NCBI GenBank assembly: GCA_949358305.1
Contig: OX442314.1
Coordinates: 20,956,001 to 21,020,000, forward strand
Length of the DNA: 64,000 nucleotides
Source of the DNA: Strigamia acuminata
Taxonomy: Eukaryota
Direction: 5' to 3'
Of the stretch, positions 24,694 to 34,587 are shown one piece after another (within the stretch, counting starts at the first letter, position 1; every line of letters begins with the position of its first letter). The notes under the pieces were generated by a model, which had not been told where the DNA came from, searched no databases, and saw nothing but the letters and a program-made list of their open reading frames with translations. Made by a program: the position numbers and the translations under genes.

Positions 24694-27483
24694 TTAGTTC
24701 GCTTCCTTTTCAGATGATCCCTGAGGAACGTCCGGAGGCGGAGGTGGAGGTAATTCTTCGGTTACAGGTGGTTTAGCCATCTCCGGAGTTGCTGGAATCG
24801 TTGGTTCGGCGATCGGTAAAATCGAGGTGAGACGTGATGAACGATCGCTCGGGTCTTCGAACTCCCCGATGAAGTATCGATCGTGGCCGCCAACTGGTTC
24901 GTAGGGGGCGCCGACTCGTTCATGTACCCAGATACGCGAGAGGAAGGGGGCCAGGCCTTGATTGGTATGGTGGATCTTCTGGGCCTCGGCCGGATTCGTC
25001 GGGGCGCGGTGTGCTCGCAGCAGACGTTGGTGCTGAATGAAATCGACGCCTGGACCCGCCTCTAGAGTTCGCTCCATCCATAAGTAGAGCGAGTGGCCGT
25101 GGTCGCTCGATCGCTTGATCTGGTTCTTCGTCTTCTGGGTCATCGTCAAACTCGGGTAGTAGTGTTTGAGTTGTGCGTCGATCGGAGGCAAAGGTTTCGG
25201 CTCTAATTTTTTCTTGGGCCGCAGGATCTTCGGTTTTGTTTTCGTCTTTCGGACGACTACTTTCACGCCTTCGATCGGAACCAGTCCTTCGGGGAACTTT
25301 ATCGTCTCCTCTGGAGTGGCCGTCGGGGCTGTCTGGCTCGCCGCAGTCTCGGGAAGAGGTTCGTTGATTAATGCGGCTGGTTCGCGTTGTGGTAAAGCCA
25401 CAGTTCGGACCGCTTGATATGATTGTTCCGGGTCGACGTCCTCTGCAACTAACTGCGCGCGAACCTGGATACAGGAAGGGACTAACTTTAGCCATCGCTC
25501 GATGAGAGCGGGAGGCAACAGAAAGCTTTCATGAGCGACGACTGCCCAGGCTGCCAATGCTACACGGGCGTTTCTAAATGTGGACGCGGCCAATACGAGC
25601 GACATCATGTCTGTGAGCACGACTGTTGTGCGCGCTGTTCGTGACGGATGATCTCGTCCGGGGCTCTTGATGAACTCGATGGCCGCACTTTGGATGTTCG
25701 TTATCGCAATCTGCATGGTCCTGGCTTGATATTCGTCAATGTCGGACACCATCTCTTTCGCTTGCTCGATCGTGGTTGTGTCGAGAAACGACTGTAAATC
25801 GTATGGCGTTGGGTCGAACTGGATTGTGGCTCGAACCTCCGACGACTGGCTACTGGAAGTTGGTTTTGAAGGCGTTTGGTCGTTCTTTTCGGCTTGAGCT
25901 ACGGCTACTTGCTTTGAATTAAATAAAACTCGTTGAATGTCGGGTTCGGGCTCATCCCAAACAATCGGTGTTCTCGACGTGGAAATTTCGCTTCGCGTTT
26001 CTTCTGGTACGGCCGGGAAAATGGGTCCAAAACGATCTTGTCGTCGTTTGAGTTGCTCAAAGGGACTCAGCGATGCTGGGGTTCCGATAATCACAGTCTT
26101 TCGGAATGCGCTGGGCAGACTAGAAGGTACGCTACTAACTGGTTTGGCTGGCGCCTTGATGAATGCGCTTGGTACCGACGTTACACTCATCTCGATTGAT
26201 TTGGTCGGCCGATAGACGGGTTTCGCCTGTTCGTTCTTGACTTTCAGGACGGCTGCTACCATATCGGCTTCGGTGTAAAGTTTTTCTTGTTCGGGTACGA
26301 TCATCGGCTCTACCGATTGTTCGTGTTCGATCGTTATCGGCACTTCTTGTCGAACTTCCACTTGCAAAGTCTCTACCTCATCGACTTCTCGCGATCTCTC
26401 AAAGCGTCCCCATGTTTCCGCTCGTGGCCTTGACAATCTGAGGCATCCGCGTTGGTTCGGTCGGTTTCTGGAGTAGCGGTATGTCTCAACTGCTCGTGGT
26501 CTCTCGACTCTGGGTTCTCGTCGCGGTGAGGGTTCTCGAGCGTGTCGGTAATAAACTCGAGGATGTGACTGCGATCGATCTTGCGTGTTGTACGACGTGC
26601 TTGGCTGATCCAGGCGTCGTCGTTTGTTGTCGTGTGCGTTATTTAACAACCCGCTCGAGAGTCGCTTCTCCGCTTTTTGTCGCTTGCGCCCAAAGATGCC
26701 CAGGTAGTGGAGCTGGTGCATTGCTTTCTGTGAGGTGATGAATCCGTGTTCGGGTCGCCAGTTGGGAACGTCTGGTCTTTCTCCTCGAACCTGGCTTAAC
26801 CAAGTTTTTATCTCGTCTGTCGAATACCCTGCGGGTTTCAGTATTTTGAAGAGATCTCGATACGCCGTCCGTCTGACTTCGTTGTAATAGTCTCTGTGTA
26901 TTTGTCGGCGCTCTTCGTCTGTGGCGGCGTTTTGCCACTTCTCGAGGACAGCCCACTCTTCGGGTTCGCTTGGATAGTCCTTTTCCAAAAACTTGTTTGG
27001 GAGTGGTGCTGGTGCGTCGTCGCGTTCTGGAATTTCCGTCCTCAGTGCGTCACGCATCTTTTCTGGGAAGTAGTGTATTAAAGTCTCCTGACTTGCCCAA
27101 AATCGCGATCGGGCTCGGGATGAAGTGAGCCGAATTTTCCATGGTCCGGTGTCTACGTCGTCCTCTAACGCTCTTCGAAATGGGGTCGGAATTTCGCTTC
27201 TCCAGAGTGTACCCGAAGACACGTTTTGCGGATCGATGGGTCCCCACGTAAGTTGGTGTTCCGGCTTTTCGTTACCATCGGGCTTTTCCCGATTTTCTTC
27301 CGGTTCGACCTCGTCCCATCTTGCGGGATCGTTCCATTCGTCTTCGCTTGGGTCTCGATCCATTTCTTCCTCTTCGTTGTCGGGTGATTGCTTCCAGTTT
27401 CTTCGCATTTTGATTTTAATTTGTTGGTTGCGATTTTTTCTTGTCAAGTACCTGTTGTCGTCGTGACAGAACGCGGAGTGCAA
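24694..27483 (-). CDS. Gypsy ORF3 in the env position, unknown non-Env protein (about 900 aa)
   Basis: Uninterrupted 929-codon frame (open upstream to 27576, first ATG about 27408) between pol and the 3' LTR. No signal peptide, no TM anchor, almost no Cys. Confidence 0.85.
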   Translation of the reverse strand: MHSAFCHDDNRYLTRKNRNQQIKIKMRRNWKQSPDNEEEEMDRDPSEDEWNDPARWDEVEPEENREKPDGNEKPEHQLTWGPIDPQNVSSGTLWRSEIPTPFRRALEDDVDTGPWKIRLTSSRARSRFWASQETLIHYFPEKMRDALRTEIPERDDAPAPLPNKFLEKDYPSEPEEWAVLEKWQNAATDEERRQIHRDYYNEVRRTAYRDLFKILKPAGYSTDEIKTWLSQVRGERPDVPNWRPEHGFITSQKAMHQLHYLGIFGRKRQKAEKRLSSGLLNNAHDNKRRRLDQPSTSYNTQDRSQSHPRVYYRHAREPSPRREPRVERPRAVETYRYSRNRPNQRGCLRLSRPRAETWGRFERSREVDEVETLQVEVRQEVPITIEHEQSVEPMIVPEQEKLYTEADMVAAVLKVKNEQAKPVYRPTKSIEMSVTSVPSAFIKAPAKPVSSVPSSLPSAFRKTVIIGTPASLSPFEQLKRRQDRFGPIFPAVPEETRSEISTSRTPIVWDEPEPDIQRVLFNSKQVAVAQAEKNDQTPSKPTSSSQSSEVRATIQFDPTPYDLQSFLDTTTIEQAKEMVSDIDEYQARTMQIAITNIQSAAIEFIKSPGRDHPSRTARTTVVLTDMMSLVLAASTFRNARVALAAWAVVAHESFLLPPALIERWLKLVPSCIQVRAQLVAEDVDPEQSYQAVRTVALPQREPAALINEPLPETAASQTAPTATPEETIKFPEGLVPIEGVKVVVRKTKTKPKILRPKKKLEPKPLPPIDAQLKHYYPSLTMTQKTKNQIKRSSDHGHSLYLWMERTLEAGPGVDFIQHQRLLRAHRAPTNPAEAQKIHHTNQGLAPFLSRIWVHERVGAPYEPVGGHDRYFIGEFEDPSDRSSRLTSILPIAEPTIPATPEMAKPPVTEELPPPPPPDVPQGSSEKEAN

Positions 27484-27657
27484 AGTTGAAAGGGTAGTCG
27501 AGGTTAAGTATCTTGATTGGCTTTCGTCTGTAATACGTAGTTGATTGTTGGAGTCTCCTTGTGATTGTTTTTGTCCCTAGGAGGTCGGGGTAATTACGTC
27601 ATATTGTTTTGTCGCTTTTGATTGGTTATGCCAACCATTTTGGATTTTGTTGCTTTA

Positions 27658-30600
27658 TCATGTCCTCCCGGCGATTTTACCGTCCTTTATAAACGGGTTT
27701 GGTACCTTTTTTCTTGTACTTTGTCGTATTATAGGTTTCGGTATTTTACTTCTCGATCGTGTGGATTTTTTAGTAATCTCTTTTTCTTTTTCAGGAGTTT
27801 TAGGAGTTTCTTCGTTAACTGCTGCTTCCTCCCCTCCTAAATTTCCATCTGGGGCGCTAGTTAGTTCGGCGCTGTCTGGAGTTACGTGAGTCGTATTTTC
27901 GTTCAAGTCTGAAACAGTGGCGATGTCGTCGAACATATCTCGTATTGTGGGCGATGGAGATGGCTGCGTTTGGTCCTCGGCCCATTCTTCTTGTGGAAAT
28001 TCCGGCAAGTAAGGCGTCAGTTCCCGAGCGTGGATTGATCGAAAATTTACATTATCGGCCAAACGTTGCAGAGAAAATGCGTTCCCGCCGTGGGCTTTGG
28101 TAATTACGTATGGGCCGTCTCGTTTGTCGGCTAAGCCGGCATGAATCCCTTTATCTGCACTGGATAAAATGTGAGTGTCCTTCCATACGAGATCGTTGAT
28201 TTTAAAATTACAAAATTGTGTGTTCTTTTCAGACTTTTTCACTCGTTCGCGCATGTCAAACACATGTGACATCATATGTTGGTAGGTTGCCGAAATCGCT
28301 TGTTCTAGTTGATGTACGTAGATGTGAGGATTTTTTGGATCGACTTTTCGAATTCCTTCTGGGATGCGTGGATCCCAGGGCACTCGTAGCTCTCGAGCGA
28401 AGTTGAGATAAGCCGGGGAAAAGCCGCGGTTTCTCGAAATGGTCGTTCGGATGCTAAATGCTATTTCTTTAAGGAATTCGTCCCACTTGGAATGTACGTC
28501 TGTGAAAATAGCAAGCGCATATTTTATGTCACGGTTGAGGCGCTCCACGGGATTAGCCCGTGGGTTATACGTTGAAGTAAATGATGGTTGAATGTCGAAT
28601 TGATTGCAGAAGTCCTTGTACAACCTTGATGCGAACTGTGGGCCATTATCGGAAATTAATTTCCGCGGGAAACCAAAATGTAACGCGACTTCGTAAAGAC
28701 ATTGGATTATTTTCTGCTTAGTCGGGTGGGCCATCGGATACAATTCTGGCCATCCAGTTGCGACATCCATGATCACGAGTATGTATTTGTGGCTATTTGC
28801 ACTTGTTATCTTAGGACCCATAAGGTCTACGCTCCAACAATCAAAGGGGGCGAACGGTCCAAGTGATAAATTCTCGTAGTTAGCCTTATTTCGAGGCTTG
28901 CAGGCTTGGCATCGTGGACAGTGTCGTATAAATCGAACGATGTCCCTTCTCATTTCAGGCCAATAGTACAGTTGACTGGCTCGATAGAGAGTCCTGGCCA
29001 CGCCGGCATGTCCGGCTAGAGGGTGGCCGTGTACCATCCACAGAATTTGTGTTCGAACCTTTCTCGGAATTACGACTTTAATTGAACTCCCTGACTCTGT
29101 CAAGTCGTCCCGAAAGTTTGGATGGTACTTTAAAAGTAGGCCATCGTCTATCAGATAAGCGGATGCCTTAATTTTGAATTCTTCTCTGGATTCTTCGCTG
29201 TAGACGTCGCTGGGGAAAGTCTCGTTGGTCAAGTAGTCATAGAACCTTTTACAGAAGGCGGTGTCGTTCTTCTGAGCTTCGATGAGTTCCTCGCGAGTAG
29301 GTGGGACACAGTTCGTGCCTTTACTCACGTGTGCAACGAAAGCTCGCACAAATTTATCCGAGATTCTGGGTTCGATGGATAAGTCGTAATTTGGTCTGGC
29401 ATCTTTTGCCGATTGATATGCCCTCATCCAATATCCGACGTATTTTTCATCGGAAGATTCTAACTTTTCTTTTGGCAGTTCATTCTGTTTTCTGAATTCC
29501 CACTTCCTGATCGGGGTGGGACAGTAAGCTATCCGAGAATCGTCGTCACCGTCGTCGTCTGGCTCGTCGGGTTCTGAGGCGGGAGCTCTAGAGAGTGCGT
29601 CGGCGACTGTGTTGTATTTCCCTGGTTTATATTCGATTTGTAAGTCGTAAGCCATGAGTTCTAATTGCCATCGAGCCATTCGACCCGACGGTTCTTTAAG
29701 GCCCATGAACCACCTCAGTGCTTGATGGTCAGTCTGGACGGTAAATTTTGTGAATTCGAGGTAAGGCCTGAATTTTCGGACTGCCCATACGATTGCTAAG
29801 CATTCGAGCTCGGTTGCTGAGTAATTTTTCTCGGCGGCTTGAATCTTCCGGCTGATGAAGATTGTGGGTACTTCTTGTTGGGTACCGTCGATTTCGTGCA
29901 TCTGCATTAACGCAGCCCCCAATCCGATTTTACTTGCATCCGTATGTAAGATAAATTCGCGATTCAAGTCTGGAAGAGGGATGGTTTTGGTGTCGATTAG
30001 CATTTGTTTGATTTTGTCAAACGCTGCTTCGCAATGGCTGGTCCAGTTAAATTTGATTTCGGGGTCTTTCGGCGGGTCCTCTTTTGGATTTATTTTCTGG
30101 ACAGTCTTTAAAAGATCAGTGATTGGGGCCGCGACTTCCGCTAAATGTGGCAGGAGTCGGCCGAAGAAATTTACCATTCCTAAAAAACGTTGTACCCCTT
30201 TCACGTCCGTAGGTGCTGGAAATTCGGTGATTGCTCGTACTTTCTTTGGATCTATGGATAAGCCATTGACTCCAACTTTGTATCCAAGAAACGCAAGTTC
30301 TTTTCGGCAAAACTGGCTCTTTCCGGGGTGTACGTGGAGTCCGGCTTTTGCTAAACGACGTATTACTTCGTCGATATGTCCGAGGTGTTCGTCAAAAGTT
30401 TGGGAAACAATAATAATATCGTCCAGATAAGCCCAGGCGTATTTATGTAGCGCGTCGCCCAAGACTTTCTCGATTAATCGTTGAAAAGTTGCCGGGGCAT
30501 TCACTAGGCCAAATGGCATGACATTAAACATTAATCTGCCCATCGGGGACCAGAAAGCGGTTTTTTCTTTGTCTTCGGCACGGAGTTCGACCTGCCAATA

Positions 30601-31992
30601 TCCTTTCGACAGATCCATCGTTGTTACCCAATTAAATGGGGCTAATTCTCGAAGAATAGCTTCGATTGATGGCATCTGGACGGGGTCGATAACGGTAATG
30701 GCGTTTAGAGGTCGATAATCGATACACAGTCTGGGTTCCGATCCTGCACGCATGACGAGCACGATTCTCATCGCGTATTCTCCTAGTGCCTCGGACACTA
30801 TCCCCTTGTCCAGTAAGTCTTGACAGATCGTCTTGACGATTTCGCGTTTTTGGGGGTTCATGCCCTTGAATGGAACTCGTACTGGCTTATCCGTACTTAA
30901 TTCTATTTCGTGTTTTACGTAATCTGTCTTTCCCGGTTCTTTAGTCAGGATTTTTCGATGTTTTTGTAGCATTTCTTCAAGTAATTTAGTCTGGGTTTCT
31001 CCTAGGTTCGCGTCCATGGCCAAATTGTGAGCCAAATTTCCTTCTTGGAGTCGGGCGTTAAAAGATTTGAAATCGTAATCTTGTACGAATTGCTTCAAAT
31101 TTCCGCCTTTCCATTCGTCCTCTTCGTCGTTTGAATCCAGGAGTTCGGTAGGTACCGTCATTAGTCGGGGGTCCTCGCGTTGGTCGATATAGTTCCAGGA
31201 CCTCGTTATGGGGTTGGGCTGGATCTCCATTATGGCCATGATGTCCATACCCAAGAGTAGGACCGTGTCGTAGGTTGGTAAAACGATGAAAGGATGGGTT
31301 ATTACGCCGCCCTCCCATATGACTTTTGTTGTTAGTACCCCTACTGGACGTACTTCTCCAGCAGCGGTTTTTACGGCCACATTTTCGCTTATTCCCCGTA
31401 GTTTGTCGCGTTGCTTTTTGTCCAAAGACTCGTATAGATCCGAAGAGATGAAGGACCGGTCGGCTCCCGAATCCAATAAACCGATGAATTTTTTGTCATT
31501 GAACTTGATTGTTAACATCGCGAGTGAATCCTTCCTCTCTTTAGCTAAATTACAATGTAAAATGCGTTTCTTTCGAGGTGGGGCCTCCTCGTAGGCGTGA
31601 GGTAATTCTTGGAATATTTCGGCTATTTTTTCGCCGTCCGCCGTATTAGTGGTTGGGCCACTATATTCGCGTTTTTCTGTGGTGAAGTAAGCCGTAGTGA
31701 AATAAACGACCTTTCTCTGTAATTCTTTTATTTGTTTTTCTAACCAATTGGTGTTTATCCATTTGGCTTTTAATTCGTCTTCCGAACTTGAGTCGCTAAT
31801 TTCTTTATTATTTGTTTCAATTTCTTTCGATTTTTTCTCTTTTAATTCGAGTTTTAATTTGACTACTTCTTCCGTAATTACTTCGTTAATTGCTTGGTTA
31901 ATTGTCGTATTCGTGGTAAATTTTGGGGTTTGGTCTTCCGGGCGTGCAGACAGATTTATTATTTTTTCTCTGTCTGCTTTAACCAGTTTTTT
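27658..31992 (-). CDS. pol: Gypsy pol (PR-RT-RNaseH-IN), expressed by -1 frameshift from gag
   Basis: LLDSGADRS protease, RLCIDYRPLN/YLDD RT, TDASKIG RNase H, HGHPLAGH...CPRC and DDE integrase, GPY motif. Frame is stop-free upstream of the ATG at 31518 to about 32007, overlapping the end of gag. Confidence 0.96.
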   Translation of the reverse strand, partial: KKLVKADREKIINLSARPEDQTPKFTTNTTINQAINEVITEEVVKLKLELKEKKSKEIETNNKEISDSSSEDELKAKWINTNWLEKQIKELQRKVVYFTTAYFTTEKREYSGPTTNTADGEKIAEIFQELPHAYEEAPPRKKRILHCNLAKERKDSLAMLTIKFNDKKFIGLLDSGADRSFISSDLYESLDKKQRDKLRGISENVAVKTAAGEVRPVGVLTTKVIWEGGVITHPFIVLPTYDTVLLLGMDIMAIMEIQPNPITRSWNYIDQREDPRLMTVPTELLDSNDEEDEWKGGNLKQFVQDYDFKSFNARLQEGNLAHNLAMDANLGETQTKLLEEMLQKHRKILTKEPGKTDYVKHEIELSTDKPVRVPFKGMNPQKREIVKTICQDLLDKGIVSEALGEYAMRIVLVMRAGSEPRLCIDYRPLNAITVIDPVQMPSIEAILRELAPFNWVTTMDLSKGYWQVELRAEDKEKTAFWSPMGRLMFNVMPFGLVNAPATFQRLIEKVLGDALHKYAWAYLDDIIIVSQTFDEHLGHIDEVIRRLAKAGLHVHPGKSQFCRKELAFLGYKVGVNGLSIDPKKVRAITEFPAPTDVKGVQRFLGMVNFFGRLLPHLAEVAAPITDLLKTVQKINPKEDPPKDPEIKFNWTSHCEAAFDKIKQMLIDTKTIPLPDLNREFILHTDASKIGLGAALMQMHEIDGTQQEVPTIFISRKIQAAEKNYSATELECLAIVWAVRKFRPYLEFTKFTVQTDHQALRWFMGLKEPSGRMARWQLELMAYDLQIEYKPGKYNTVADALSRAPASEPDEPDDDGDDDSRIAYCPTPIRKWEFRKQNELPKEKLESSDEKYVGYWMRAYQSAKDARPNYDLSIEPRISDKFVRAFVAHVSKGTNCVPPTREELIEAQKNDTAFCKRFYDYLTNETFPSDVYSEESREEFKIKASAYLIDDGLLLKYHPNFRDDLTESGSSIKVVIPRKVRTQILWMVHGHPLAGHAGVARTLYRASQLYYWPEMRRDIVRFIRHCPRCQACKPRNKANYENLSLGPFAPFDCWSVDLMGPKITSANSHKYILVIMDVATGWPELYPMAHPTKQKIIQCLYEVALHFGFPRKLISDNGPQFASRLYKDFCNQFDIQPSFTSTYNPRANPVERLNRDIKYALAIFTDVHSKWDEFLKEIAFSIRTTISRNRGFSPAYLNFARELRVPWDPRIPEGIRKVDPKNPHIYVHQLEQAISATYQHMMSHVFDMRERVKKSEKNTQFCNFKINDLVWKDTHILSSADKGIHAGLADKRDGPYVITKAHGGNAFSLQRLADNVNFRSIHARELTPYLPEFPQEEWAEDQTQPSPSPTIRDMFDDIATVSDLNENTTHVTPDSAELTSAPDGNLGGEEAAVNEETPKTPEKEKEITKKSTRSRSKIPKPIIRQSTRKKVPNPFIKDGKIAGRT

Positions 31993-34502
31993 GTCAGTTC
32001 TTCGAATTTAGCTGTTAGCTTTTCTAACAATGCGTCGTTTTTGGCGGCTTCCTTCTCTTCTTTCCTCTTCTTTCGTTTTGGACAATCTCTTCTCCAGTGT
32101 CCCATCTCGTTACAGTAATTACAAGGTTTTGTGGTGGAGTTATCTGTTTTCGGGTATGGTCGTCTCACGAACTCTTTTTTCTCGTAGGGTTTATCGCTTT
32201 TTGGATTGTGGTGCTCCGTTTTATTCGCGGTCTTCATTCGGGGTCGGTAGCTTGGGGCGATTTCTTTCCCCATGTTAGCGTGGAGAATCTCTTCTTCTTG
32301 TTGGCTATCGCTGGTATCCCCTCCTGAGTTCTGCTCGGAGTTATTGTCTTCACTTTCCCTCCCTTCTTCGAGATTAGTTGCGTCGGAGTTCGTACTGGCT
32401 CTGTAAGCTTTTGGAGCCGGTATCGGGTTCGAGGTGGCTTTATCGTTCACCTTTTTCGGCGGTGCGGCCTCGATTTCTCCGTTCAGGAAGCTACGCGACT
32501 GGATCAGTCTCCCTGCGTCATGATTTTTAGCATGGATACGCTGTATGCGGAGTTGTGTTTGTGTCCTTTGTTCGGGCGTCAGGGCTTCCGTATAACGATC
32601 GTCTACTTCTTCGTGATAGTCATTTACAAATTTTAGCAGCTGTTCGAAACTATCTGCTGTGGGAGCGTTCATATCTCTCAGTACTTTCTTCGAGGTGTCG
32701 TTTAACCCCTTTTCGAAAATCACGTTTTGCGCATATTCGTCGAGTGGCGTATCCAACTCGTTGAACAAACTTTTCGCTCGTCGGAAATAGGCTCGTAATT
32801 CTTCTCCTGAGGCTTGTAGCATGAGACTGACTCTCTGTCTAATTTCTTTTTGTGTCTCGCCGTACTGACTGTTGAAAGCGACGACAAACTGTTCCCAAGT
32901 TTTTAATTTTGCTTCCACATACCAGGCTCTGGCTTCCACTACTAACATTTCGGGTAGCCCTTTTGCCACCATCTCGTCGGGTTCGGCTCCGAGTCGTGAA
33001 ATGGTGAGTGCCACTTCGTCTAAGAATTTATTGCCGGCCCTCCAAGTTCCGTCGAATCTCATCAGTCGCAACTGTGACCATTTTATGTTTCGGTCCTTTT
33101 GTTCTAAGGCCCATTGATCGGTGGAATATTTTCGAAGAAGGCTCTCGTTTTGTCTTGGGCGATTTCTCAGATTTCGATTTTGGTTGACCTGGGAGTCGGC
33201 GCGTGCTCGTTCCTCGAGTGCTCTTAATCTAGCTTCCATTATGGGATCGGCTTGGTATTGATTCCCACTGTTCGGGGACGTAGCTCCATTTTGTGGCGCA
33301 AATCGTTGGAAATTGTCGTTGGTCGAGTTCGGGTCGGTCAAGGTCGGTGTTGTCGAGTTTAGCTGCGACTCGGTCAGTTGTGTTCCGGGGGGGAAAATTC
33401 CGTTTATGGCTGTTCCAGTTAGGACCCCGTTCTTCTGTCCGATCAAAATGGTCGACTTTCTCCCGCCGTAAAGTTGTGCTTTTTGTCTTGCGGCTTCTCG
33501 GTCGGCTTCGTTGGCGGCTTGTATTTTTATTCTCTCCGCCTCATTCGCGGCGTCGACATTGGCTTGTACCGTCTGGATATCCTCGAGGCTTGGCATTGCC
33601 AACCTGTTCCGTCCTTGCTGGTTTCTGAGGTGGTTTCGCTGATTTATCAGTCTAATCATCTCTGCGTTAGGATCCTTTGGTGTTTGACTGGTGTGGCCAG
33701 CCCTCGTAGCGAAGGATTGGGCGATTGCCCACGACTGTTGACCCTTATTATTTCGACGGTCCTGTTGGAAGGCTTCCAGAAATTCGCTCTGGATTTCGAC
33801 TGGCTCGTTCACTATACTATCCCATCCTTGAACGTTGATTCCTTTCGAGCTGAGGGAATCGGCCTCGCTTTCGTCGTCGGCGTCGGATGTTCGGGTGGAA
33901 TCGTAGGAGTCCGTCGTTTGGTTATTCGTTTTTTGACGTTTTACGCTTTTTCGACCCCTTCTAAGGGCTCGTTTTTCCGCTCGCTCTTTGGCAAGACGAA
34001 TGATCATGTTCATCTGTGCTAGCGGGTCCCCTTCTTCATCGTAAGGGATTCCCTCCAGTCGAGCGAGTTCGTACGCTTCTTTACAGCTATCGATTTGGGA
34101 TTTCTTCGAATTATAACCGTGTGTGATCGTGACACGATTACTCTGGCGATTATCCTGATTGTCGAATAGGTTATACCCGTTCTGACTTTGTTCGGATTCT
34201 TCTTCTTCCTCTTCTTCGACTTCTCCTTCGATTCGCTGGTTTATTGGCGTTTTATTCGTTGGGGCTTTGCTAGCGGGTACTTTACTAGCCGGCGTTTTAT
34301 CGGTCGGTACTTTCTCGGGTGGTTTTTCCGCGTGGTTTTCGTTGACTGGTGTCTTTCCAGTCGTCTTTTCCCTCGTCGGCTCCGGTGGCTGCTTTTCTAA
34401 CGCTGGACTAGCTAATGCTTCGGCCCTTGCCTTGGCGGATTCCATGGCTTTTCTTCGGGCGCTTGCGGTTGAAGGGTTTCGATTTTTCCCGCTTTTCGTC
34501 AT
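31959..34502 (-). CDS. gag: Gypsy gag (about 847 aa from the first ATG) with a long low-complexity N-terminus
   Basis: Capsid-like FDG...ARAWY...TWEQFVVAF...QASGEELRAY and CCHC knuckle CNYCNEMGHWRRDC. Confidence 0.92.
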   Translation of the reverse strand: MTKSGKNRNPSTASARRKAMESAKARAEALASPALEKQPPEPTREKTTGKTPVNENHAEKPPEKVPTDKTPASKVPASKAPTNKTPINQRIEGEVEEEEEEESEQSQNGYNLFDNQDNRQSNRVTITHGYNSKKSQIDSCKEAYELARLEGIPYDEEGDPLAQMNMIIRLAKERAEKRALRRGRKSVKRQKTNNQTTDSYDSTRTSDADDESEADSLSSKGINVQGWDSIVNEPVEIQSEFLEAFQQDRRNNKGQQSWAIAQSFATRAGHTSQTPKDPNAEMIRLINQRNHLRNQQGRNRLAMPSLEDIQTVQANVDAANEAERIKIQAANEADREAARQKAQLYGGRKSTILIGQKNGVLTGTAINGIFPPGTQLTESQLNSTTPTLTDPNSTNDNFQRFAPQNGATSPNSGNQYQADPIMEARLRALEERARADSQVNQNRNLRNRPRQNESLLRKYSTDQWALEQKDRNIKWSQLRLMRFDGTWRAGNKFLDEVALTISRLGAEPDEMVAKGLPEMLVVEARAWYVEAKLKTWEQFVVAFNSQYGETQKEIRQRVSLMLQASGEELRAYFRRAKSLFNELDTPLDEYAQNVIFEKGLNDTSKKVLRDMNAPTADSFEQLLKFVNDYHEEVDDRYTEALTPEQRTQTQLRIQRIHAKNHDAGRLIQSRSFLNGEIEAAPPKKVNDKATSNPIPAPKAYRASTNSDATNLEEGRESEDNNSEQNSGGDTSDSQQEEEILHANMGKEIAPSYRPRMKTANKTEHHNPKSDKPYEKKEFVRRPYPKTDNSTTKPCNYCNEMGHWRRDCPKRKKRKEEKEAAKNDALLEKLTAKFEELTKNWLKQTEKK

Positions 34503-34587
34503 TTCGATAGTTTGCAAATGTCAAACCGTAAGATACGTTTATTTAAAATAGTCTGATTAGTCAAACTATCCCGGACAGACCCCCACG

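Noticed and set aside
24694..27483. Calling Gypsy ORF3 env
   Set aside because: No signal peptide, no C-terminal TM helix and only about three Cys.
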